DNA of 49,494 nucleotides from a virus: IMG/VR virus record IMGVR_UViG_3300044534_000145; one strand, 5' to 3'. Shown piece by piece: positions 43,254 to 49,494 of this stretch (position 1 is its first letter; each line of letters starts with the position of its first letter). The notes under the pieces were generated by a model. It saw only the letters and a program-made list of their open reading frames with translations, ran no database searches and was not told where the DNA came from. The position numbers and the translations under genes were made by a program.

Positions 43254-43997
43254 TTAACTCAATAGCGTTAGCCGTTCCACTTGCGGATAAACATCTTTGG
43301 AAGCCAGAAAATCATATATGAATTTCTGCCCTCGCTGTGTCCACTTCATCGTGTTGGCGACTTTCTTAGTTCCCGTTTTCTGATCAAAGTAGGAAAATGG
43401 CTCAATGTGCGTATACCCAAACCCTTGATGCTTGGCGTATAGCAACCACGTTTTCCCCTGCCGGTACTGAATCCCCATTTTGTGCAGCAACTGATTGAAC
43501 TTGGCGGTCGACATCCCGTAATTCTTGGCAATCATTGACGTGGTTTCTAATCCTGGATTAGCAAGCATTTTCTGCGTATAAGCTGCGTCCGGTCTGAGCT
43601 TTTGATTCTCTTCCATAGAATCTGCGAGTGCCCGTAACGCACTCGGATAATCTTTAGGAATTGGCAATTGTTGTTGTGCCTTGGCTCTCTTCTCCATCGC
43701 AATGAAGTATTGTCGAGCTTGCTTGCCTCTGTCCGTTCTTTGAATCATGGATAATTCCCTTGCCATGTCCAGACTCAAGGCGTGATTTATTTGAGGACGG
43801 CCACCTTGAGGTTTTACTCTTTTTCCAGTAAAACTAATGAAATCAACGTTTTCAGTAAATCCATACTTTTGCATATCTTTGAACCAGTCGTTATATCTTT
43901 CCTTCACTTCAAGGAAGTTGTGAAGGTCTCGACCATCAACGGCAACGGAACCATCTTTTTGCTTGAATGTCTTAATTAATTCATTCATCTGATTCAT
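43254..43997 (-). CDS. Antirepressor (Rha/AntA N-domain plus KilAC-like C-domain)
   Basis: VAVDGRDLHNFLEVKERYNDWFKDMQKYGFTENVDF... is typical of phage antirepressors. Confidence 0.75.
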   Translation of the reverse strand: MNQMNELIKTFKQKDGSVAVDGRDLHNFLEVKERYNDWFKDMQKYGFTENVDFISFTGKRVKPQGGRPQINHALSLDMARELSMIQRTDRGKQARQYFIAMEKRAKAQQQLPIPKDYPSALRALADSMEENQKLRPDAAYTQKMLANPGLETTSMIAKNYGMSTAKFNQLLHKMGIQYRQGKTWLLYAKHQGFGYTHIEPFSYFDQKTGTKKVANTMKWTQRGQKFIYDFLASKDVYPQVERLTLLS

Positions 43998-44015
43998 TCC
44001 CTTCGTTTTTGAAAT

Positions 44016-44201
44016 TCAAAAAGATTTAAGACTCTTGATCGCATCATCAAAAGTATTTTTGAGTTGCTTTTCTAATTCCTCTGGGTCCATATCACCTCCA
44101 TGCTGGTTGATCTTGATAACTTGCTTTAGTTCACTAGGATTAATCTCGATCGTCGTTTTTTGGTAGTTATCAAAAACTCTTGCTTCTTGTGTAATCTTCA
44201 T
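44016..44201 (-). CDS. Hypothetical 61-aa early protein
   Basis: Coupled to the Cro-like gene by a 4-nt overlap. Confidence 0.5.
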   Translation of the reverse strand: MKITQEARVFDNYQKTTIEINPSELKQVIKINQHGGDMDPEELEKQLKNTFDDAIKSLKSF

Positions 44202-44467
44202 TTAATCGCCTCTTTAGCATCCAAGTCAGTCAATATGAGTTTTTTACGCGCTAATGTACGCATATCGAGTACATTGCTTTCAAAAAAAATACTCCACGAA
44301 ACATTAATCTTAGGAGCTAGCTTTTTGGCCCGATCTACAGAAGGCGTCCGATAGCCACTTTCATACGATGTATAAGTAGATTTAGGAACATCAAGTTTGA
44401 GAGCCATTTGATCTTGCGACAATCCAAGATATTCTCGATACTGCTTAAGCCATTTTCGTTCCGCCAT
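44198..44467 (-). CDS. Cro-like XRE HTH regulator
   Basis: LGLSQDQMALKLDVPKSTYTSYESG. First gene of the rightward (here minus-strand) early operon, divergent from the cI-like gene. Confidence 0.8.
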   Translation of the reverse strand: MAERKWLKQYREYLGLSQDQMALKLDVPKSTYTSYESGYRTPSVDRAKKLAPKINVSWSIFFESNVLDMRTLARKKLILTDLDAKEAIK

Positions 44468-44485
44468 GAAATCACTTCTTTCTTG

Positions 44486-44604
44486 AAATACGCGCTTCGT
44501 ATTTCTTTATGAATTAAATATAATACGTTTCGCGTACTTAGTCAATATAAAAAACTCTTTTCGCGTATTTTTTGTTTTATTCCCACAGTATGCGTACTGC
44601 GTAC
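44486..44604. promoter_or_regulatory. Operator array of the genetic switch (GCGTA(C/T) half-sites)
   Basis: aaatacg-cgctt-cgtattt (44486-44504), tacgtttcgcgta (44524-44536), tcgcgtat (44561-44568), tandem tgcgtac tgcgtac (44591-44604). Confidence 0.55.
44517..44545 (-). promoter_or_regulatory. Early lytic promoter (for the Cro-like operon)
   Basis: Minus strand TTGACT, 17-nt spacer, TATATT. The spacer contains an operator half-site pair. Confidence 0.6.
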
Positions 44605-44610
44605 TATAAT
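44605..44610 (+). promoter_or_regulatory. -10 box (TATAAT) of the repressor promoter
   Basis: TATAAT lies 24 nt upstream of the cI-like ATG. Poor -35, with tandem operators directly upstream. Confidence 0.4.
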
Positions 44611-44634
44611 AAAACTATTCAAGGAGGTCTTTAA

Positions 44635-45012
44635 ATGTTTGCAGAACGACTTAAACAACTTCGAAAGGAAAAAAGCGGCTTGACCCAAGAAATGGTTGCT
44701 AAGCAAATTGGAATTGCAAAAACAACATATTCTGCATATGAGCAAGGTAAACGACAACCGGATTACGATACTCTTAATCGTCTTGCGAAGTATTTTAATG
44801 CATCTGTTGACTATCTTCTTGGCAATACCTTTTCAAGGAATGGCAGTGTTCCAAATTGGGCAACTGATAAAGATCGACGGGATCTTCAAAAGTTCCTTGA
44901 AAATAATGCCAATTCAATGACTTATGGGGGTGAAGAGTTAACCAATGATGAAAAGCAACAATTGCGAGTGGCAATGGAGACCATCTTCTGGAAACGACAT
45001 AAGCACCAATAG
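44635..45012 (+). CDS. cI-like XRE-family repressor
   Basis: LRKEKSGLTQEMVAKQIGIAKTTYSAYEQGKRQPDYDTLNRLAKYFNASVDYLLG. RBS AAGGAGG. Confidence 0.88.
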   Translation: MFAERLKQLRKEKSGLTQEMVAKQIGIAKTTYSAYEQGKRQPDYDTLNRLAKYFNASVDYLLGNTFSRNGSVPNWATDKDRRDLQKFLENNANSMTYGGEELTNDEKQQLRVAMETIFWKRHKHQ

Positions 45013-45421
45013 TTATGCTAAGAGAACCATTGAGACTATAATTTCCCGTTATAACACAGCCGATCCATTTGCAATCGCTGACAAATTAAATGTGGATTGG
45101 TACTTTATGCCTTTAGGAAAACATCCGCTCGGCGATACAAGTTACGATGAAAGGGAACCGATTATTATTCTCAATGAATCGATTAAGGATTCACCTCAGC
45201 GATATTTCACGATGGCACATGAAATTGGACATGTTGTCATGCACGCTGATCTGAATGGATATCATTCGGGATATGCAAGTTATGGTGTTTGTGAATATCA
45301 AGCTAATCAATTCGCGTCTGGTTTGATGGGGCTTTTGTATGTGGAAGAAAATGGATACGGACCGGAAAGCTACTATGATTTAGTTCATCACTATGGATCG
45401 CCGGTCAAAGAATTGGATTAA
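44945..45421 (+). CDS. ImmA/IrrE-family metalloprotease (repressor-cleaving partner)
   Basis: HEIGHVVMH zinc motif. Immediately downstream of, and overlapping, the repressor gene. Confidence 0.8.
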   Translation: MMKSNNCEWQWRPSSGNDISTNSYAKRTIETIISRYNTADPFAIADKLNVDWYFMPLGKHPLGDTSYDEREPIIILNESIKDSPQRYFTMAHEIGHVVMHADLNGYHSGYASYGVCEYQANQFASGLMGLLYVEENGYGPESYYDLVHHYGSPVKELD

Positions 45422-45440
45422 ATTATTGGGGGTATTTGTG

Positions 45441-46106
45441 ATGAAAAAAGCATTAGTATTTGGAGTAAGTTTATTGATGATGGTTGGACTAGCAGGATGC
45501 TCAACTAGTTCAAGCTCTTCAAAAAATAGTAGTTCAAGCAAGGCACAAACCGCGCAGGATAAAAACTATGTAAGAAGTGGGACGCTGACGAAAGTCGATT
45601 AATGGACTAAAGATAACAACATTGGGAAAGTTACTTTAACCGGTATTTCCCCAATTTCGAATAAATTATTGACTCAACAAACTGACAAAGTTCAAATCAC
45701 CCTGAACGACGTTAAGGTGCTGACTGTTCGCGGAAATAAAGAGCAAAGAGATGATGCCGCAACAGAGTTTGAAAAAGATTCGTTGCCAGCTAAATACTCC
45801 TATATTCAAATTCAATACACCGCAAAAAATATTTCTAACAAAGAAGTACAACTTGGTGGAATTAAACAACTTGTGATGCCAAATGGTAATCAATTAAATC
45901 AAGATGATGATTTTGTAGACAATGGTGAAGGAGAAGATATCGCTAAGGATGCTAAAAAGACTGAACTTGCATTTGTTCTGCTTGATTCTCAAAATACGGG
46001 GTTGAAACCAGATAATATTCGTATCATTTTTGATGAATCAATGCCAGAAGATGGTATTGCTACTTATCAAAAGGGCTTTTCATTTACTACAAAAATAAAT
46101 TATTAA
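45441..46106 (+). pseudogene. Lipoprotein gene interrupted by one in-frame TAA (45600-45602)
   Basis: MKKALVFGVSLLMMVGLAGC lipobox. ORFs 45393-45602 and 45669-46106 share a frame, and the 66 nt between them are also open. The C-part looks like Ig-like DUF4352-type prophage lipoproteins. Confidence 0.6.
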
Positions 46107-46192
46107 TGAGCTGGATTAGGGGAAGAATTTAATTAAAAACTTTTGCTGGCTCTGTTATGAGCAAAAAAACAATTATTGAAGGGGATCTTATT

Positions 46193-46609
46193 ATGTTAAA
46201 GAGTTTAAAGAAATCATTAGTTGGAGTCACAGTTGGCTTATCACTAGGGTTGGGAATGTTTGAAGCCTCTCAATTTCAAGGACAACCGTCGCAGCTAGTT
46301 GTTCACGCCTCTTCTCGCTCGGCTGCTTTACATAGTGCTTACTTTTATGCACGTTCAGAGCATATGTCTAAGCGAGCTATTTATCATCAACTTATTTCAA
46401 AATATGGTGATGGCTTTTCAAAACATTCGGCAAGTTATGCTGTTCGTCACCTTCATGGTATTAGTTGGAATCGTAATGCTTTAAAATCGGCGCGTTTCTA
46501 TCGACACAGTGAGCATATGTCAAATTATGCAATTTATCACCAACTCATTTCTTCTTACGGTGATATGTTTACTAAGTCTCAGGCACACTATGCTGTACGG
46601 CATCTTTAA
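46193..46609 (+). CDS. Ltp-like superinfection-exclusion protein (two Ltp repeats, signal anchor without a lipobox Cys)
   Basis: Repeats SAALHSAYFYARSEHMSKRAIYHQLISKYGDGFSKHSASYAVRHL and RNALKSARFYRHSEHMSNYAIYHQLISSYGDMFTKSQAHYAVRHL. ATG 46193 follows GAAGGGG. Confidence 0.75.
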   Translation: MLKSLKKSLVGVTVGLSLGLGMFEASQFQGQPSQLVVHASSRSAALHSAYFYARSEHMSKRAIYHQLISKYGDGFSKHSASYAVRHLHGISWNRNALKSARFYRHSEHMSNYAIYHQLISSYGDMFTKSQAHYAVRHL

Positions 46610-46640
46610 CAGGTTTTTGAAAGCTTATTAGGGGGAAATT

Positions 46641-47528
46641 ATGAAATTTAAGAAGAGTATTTTAGTTGGGGTTACAGCTTTTTCATTTGGAGGGCTGATC
46701 GCATTTAATTCCTCACATACTGTGTCCGCATCAAATTATTTTCCAGTAAGGCACTATCACACCTACACTCCCAGAAGTTGGCGTGGAAGCTACTACACGA
46801 CTTCTGGAAACACATTGAAAGTTAACACCTATTCGGTTTCTTATAATGGCAAAACACTTTACAAAAGTGATTGGGGTGCTTGGCATAAGTTAGCTTTTGC
46901 ACGGATTGCTTACGGTGACGCCATTACTCACAAGTATAAATTGTACACTTTTAATTCTTTAGCGAAGTATGGTTATCAGGGAATTGGACAATGGCGACTC
47001 ACTATTAAAAACGGAAAAAAAGAGCTTATCAATTACATGAATATGGGCTACATTAATGTTTGGCACAAATACTACCCCGCAAAAAAATACAAATTTAGGA
47101 CTGCTGATAACACTGATTTCTTTTACAACACTTGGCGTCCTGCATACTTAGACATGGATTCTGACGGTACTGATATTTACAACTCGTATAAAGATGCTAA
47201 AAGCGAGGAGAATCCCGTTAATACGCTTTCGGATTCCAGAAAACAACTGTATGCTAAATGGATTAGTAAAAATCAGCAGGATAATGTTTTAATGCTCAAA
47301 ATTGATGGAAACATTTATTACGAAAACAATGATGATCACGATATTCTCCCCTACAATGCTTATAGAAGCGACGGCTCTATTTGGTCAAACTTTAAGCCTA
47401 CTAGTAAATATGCGTTATTAAAAAAGGGAAACTATATTTATAAGGGAACTAAGTGGATTTACTTTTATAATAATAGTGATAATAAAACTTATAAATACAA
47501 TGGATCTCATTGGAAGTTTGAGTATTGA
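46641..47528 (+). CDS. Secreted protein of unknown function (Tyr/Trp/Asn/Lys-rich)
   Basis: Signal peptide MKFKKSILVGVTAFSFGGLIAFNSSHTVSA. RBS GGGGGA. Confidence 0.65.
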   Translation: MKFKKSILVGVTAFSFGGLIAFNSSHTVSASNYFPVRHYHTYTPRSWRGSYYTTSGNTLKVNTYSVSYNGKTLYKSDWGAWHKLAFARIAYGDAITHKYKLYTFNSLAKYGYQGIGQWRLTIKNGKKELINYMNMGYINVWHKYYPAKKYKFRTADNTDFFYNTWRPAYLDMDSDGTDIYNSYKDAKSEENPVNTLSDSRKQLYAKWISKNQQDNVLMLKIDGNIYYENNDDHDILPYNAYRSDGSIWSNFKPTSKYALLKKGNYIYKGTKWIYFYNNSDNKTYKYNGSHWKFEY

Positions 47529-47681
47529 TAATACTACATCCTCTATCAATAAGTCATCGTTGGTTGCACCAATTAGAAGAATCAGTTGTAAATATCGAGT
47601 TTGAATAAAACTTTCCTATTTATCCTTTACTAACACATATGTATGAAAAAAACGGCTACGAGTCTATAGGAGGGATGATTA

Positions 47682-48632
47682 ATGGCTAGTCCTCATAATA
47701 ATGTGAATTCGCGAGAAAAGACAACCTATACTTATAAAATAAGTTGGTCTCAAGCAAAAAATAAGTTAAAAAAGTTTTATAAAGTATATTTCCAAAAAAC
47801 AAAAGCAAATTTAAAGTTAGCGCTTCTTCCCCAATGGATGGATGAGTATGGAAGATTGCTAGAGCTTGAAAACAGTCGTCATCTTCCAAAGTATTTCAAT
47901 ATTTTAAGGCAAGGAACTATCGTAATGGTAAATTTTGGAGTAGGTATTGGTAGAGAGATGAGCTTAAACCATTTTGCTGTAGTCTTAACTAAAAATGATA
48001 GTAAATTCAAGCATACAGTTATAGTTGTTCCTCTTAGCTCCAAACAGCATCCCAAAGAGGGTTATCTACCACTTGGATATGTTATTACTGATAAACTTGT
48101 TTCGCGCTCAAAAGAACGCTCCGATAAGATGCTCAAACTTGCACAGAAGGGAAAAGAGAATATTGACTACTTAATGAAACATGCTTCAATCAATAGTCAA
48201 GTCTCACCTAAAAGTTATAATTATTTTTTGCAACATGGACTAGATATTAAAGATTTTAGCAAAACACCATTTGACTATAGTAATTATAGAAAAACTAAGC
48301 TTTATACTAATTACCAAACGGCTTTACGTATTAATGAGGAATTAAATGATAAAGAGATGTCAAAGTTTTTAAATTTTCTCACTGAAACTTTTAAAAAAAG
48401 CGATGAACTTTCCATCCTTGTTCAAAAAATACAGCCTGGCATAAGGGAGCTAGAAACCCTAACAAAAAAAGCAAAAAAATATAACAATCAAACGTATGCA
48501 GATGTTGGTAATATCACAACGGTTAGTAAATTGCGCATAATAAAATTTTCAAAATTTAATATTTCTGAGAATACTCAGGTTAGTCAGGACGTTATTGATA
48601 AAATACTCAACCGACTAAATGATTTTATTTGA
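47682..48632 (+). CDS. MazF/PemK-fold protein with an N-terminal extension and a large internal insertion; solitary
   Basis: RQGTIVMVNFGVGIGREMSLNHFAVVLTKNDSKFKHTVIVVPLSSK and C-terminal TYADVGNITTVSKLRIIKF match the two halves of the MazF/EndoA fold. RBS TAGGAGGGA. Confidence 0.6.
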   Translation: MASPHNNVNSREKTTYTYKISWSQAKNKLKKFYKVYFQKTKANLKLALLPQWMDEYGRLLELENSRHLPKYFNILRQGTIVMVNFGVGIGREMSLNHFAVVLTKNDSKFKHTVIVVPLSSKQHPKEGYLPLGYVITDKLVSRSKERSDKMLKLAQKGKENIDYLMKHASINSQVSPKSYNYFLQHGLDIKDFSKTPFDYSNYRKTKLYTNYQTALRINEELNDKEMSKFLNFLTETFKKSDELSILVQKIQPGIRELETLTKKAKKYNNQTYADVGNITTVSKLRIIKFSKFNISENTQVSQDVIDKILNRLNDFI

Positions 48633-48735
48633 AATCAGGACTTAAAAGAAAATCTGTGTTAGTATTTAGATACAGGTATTTAAGTACCGATCGTGTTTTT
48701 GACGCGATCTTATAAATAAGTAGGCTTTAGGCCTG

Positions 48736-48780
48736 AGACTCTCAGTTTATTAATTAAGCTGGGAGTTTCTTTTTATTTTT
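48736..48780 (+). terminator. Rho-independent terminator after the MazF-like gene
   Basis: agactctcag ... ctgggagttt stem (two G-U pairs) followed by ctttttattttt. Confidence 0.6.
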
Positions 48781-48842
48781 AAACCTTTAAACCATGTTTT
48801 CACTTAGGGCATTAAAAGAACACAAATTGAGGAGAAATAAAC

Positions 48843-49211
48843 ATGAAATTAAAGAAAATGCTGTTGGTTGGATTGGCTTCCCTGTCACTGGGTACTGTCG
48901 GCGTAATCAGTCAGCCCACTACAAGCCAAGCAATGAGTATTTATAATCCTGATAATCCATTTTGGCTGCACTCGCACTGGATAACTACGACGAAGCGGAT
49001 CGTAGTTCATAAAATTAAGTATATGGAGCCAGAATATAAGAGTTACCAAGTTGCGAGCTATGTTGTACCAAGAGGATACCATTACAAGATTTATGCTTCG
49101 CGTACGAACTATCACTGGTTCTTTGATTCCGGAAAATTTAAATCAAACGCACACTATATGTATGTTTCAAACAGACACAGTCACGACTGGTTTAGATTTG
49201 GGGTCCACTAA
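48843..49211 (+). CDS. Small secreted protein of unknown function
   Basis: Signal peptide MKLKKMLLVGLASLSLGTVGVISQPTTSQA. RBS GAGGAGAA. His/Tyr/Trp-rich mature part. Confidence 0.6.
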   Translation: MKLKKMLLVGLASLSLGTVGVISQPTTSQAMSIYNPDNPFWLHSHWITTTKRIVVHKIKYMEPEYKSYQVASYVVPRGYHYKIYASRTNYHWFFDSGKFKSNAHYMYVSNRHSHDWFRFGVH

Positions 49212-49230
49212 ATAACTAGTCCAAATACTG

Positions 49231-49494
49231 ATGACTTTAAAAGCTTGGAGCACAGAAAGGCAGATTCTTTTGATTTACACAGACATTTTCAGCATCAAAC
49301 ACAAAAATGCTAAAGTCATTAATACAAAAAATGATTTCAATCGCATCTTTATTATTGAAGATAAAAATGGCGTTCGGTATACGTGTTTGAAACCAGACGC
49401 GCAAAAGATGCCTAAAATGACTAGTCACTTCAAAACACTTAAAGCGAAATCAGCTCCATTAAATTATTTAACACCATATTTTACTGGTAAGCGC
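49231..49494 (+). CDS. Small hypothetical protein, 5' part; the ORF runs off the window end and continues in frame into 1-99 if the ends are joined (about 90 aa)
   Basis: Open frame from ATG 49231 (MTLKAWSTERQILLIYTDIF...KMPKMTSHFKTLKAKSAPLNYLTPYFTGKR) with no stop before the window end. Weak RBS; alternative TTG at 49270 after GAAAGG. Confidence 0.45.
   Translation, partial: MTLKAWSTERQILLIYTDIFSIKHKNAKVINTKNDFNRIFIIEDKNGVRYTCLKPDAQKMPKMTSHFKTLKAKSAPLNYLTPYFTGKR
49405..49494. repeat. Terminal direct repeat, copy B (identical to 1-90)
   Basis: Base-by-base comparison: 90/90 identical to the first 90 bases of the window. Confidence 0.98.

Larger units (their letters stand above)
1..49494. 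mobile_element. Complete temperate phage genome (or prophage) with a contractile tail; lysogeny, replication, packaging, head, tail and lysis modules are all present
   Basis: Integrase, cI/Cro switch, replication genes, TerS/TerL, portal, capsid, sheath/tube/baseplate, holin/lysin in canonical synteny. Identical 90-bp ends. Confidence 0.9.

Noticed and set aside
44542-44757. 71-aa minus-strand ORF spanning the switch region and antisense to the repressor gene.
   Set aside because: It covers promoters and operators and the 5' end of the well-supported cI-like gene. No RBS.
49237-49428. 63-aa minus-strand ORF at the right end.
   Set aside because: It is antisense to the plus-strand ORF that continues in frame across the end-join and is followed by a terminator. 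No RBS.
1-49494. Search for CRISPR arrays, reverse transcriptase (retron/DGR), rRNA, transposase/IS elements and restriction-modification genes.
   Set aside because: None seen. The only arrays of short repeats are the ori iterons, the switch operators, the int-proximal motifs and the early-region junction motif. None has a CRISPR-like repeat-spacer structure.

Overview
The window reads as one complete temperate phage genome of about 49.4 kb from a low-GC Gram-positive host. The host looks Lactobacillaceae-like (GGAGG-type ribosome-binding sites, LL-H-type holin, GH25 lysin, Ltp-like exclusion protein). No database search or computation was possible; every call comes from reading the sequence and the ORF track.

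Layout:
- Bases 1-90 and 49405-49494 are an identical 90-bp direct repeat.
- Tyrosine integrase (+, 203-1390), followed by about 750 bp of structured non-coding DNA that I take to be attP.
- Most of the genome is on the minus strand, in this order:
  - an accessory (moron) cassette at 2148-3772
  - lysis genes at 3946-5674
  - a second accessory gene at 5722-6117
  - a PBSX/P2-like contractile-tail and baseplate module at 6501-21464
  - head-tail joining, capsid, scaffold, portal and terminase genes at 21476-31116
  - a structured non-coding region at 31.6-32.1 kb
  - an ArpU-like late regulator
  - an early region with three YopX paralogs, nucleases, SSB, DnaB-like helicase, a replisome organizer with embedded iterons, Erf and Gp157
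  - antirepressor and Cro-like genes
- A divergent genetic switch at 44468-44634.
- A plus-strand lysogeny operon at 44635-49494: cI-like repressor, ImmA protease, an interrupted lipoprotein, an Ltp-like protein, two secreted proteins and a MazF-like protein.

Gene order makes sense only if the two ends are joined, so the repeat is more likely a circular-overlap or terminal repeat than attL/attR.

Most interesting candidates:
1. A translationally coupled three-gene cassette at 2148-3479: a PARP-like ADP-ribosyltransferase candidate, a small acidic protein and a clear SecB-like chaperone. This looks like a toxin-antitoxin-chaperone (CmdTAC-like) defence system carried by the phage.
2. A solitary 316-aa MazF/PemK-fold protein whose fold is split by an insertion of about 150 aa.
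3. A self-promoted pyridoxamine-5'-phosphate-oxidase-like gene wedged between the tail fibre and the lysis genes.
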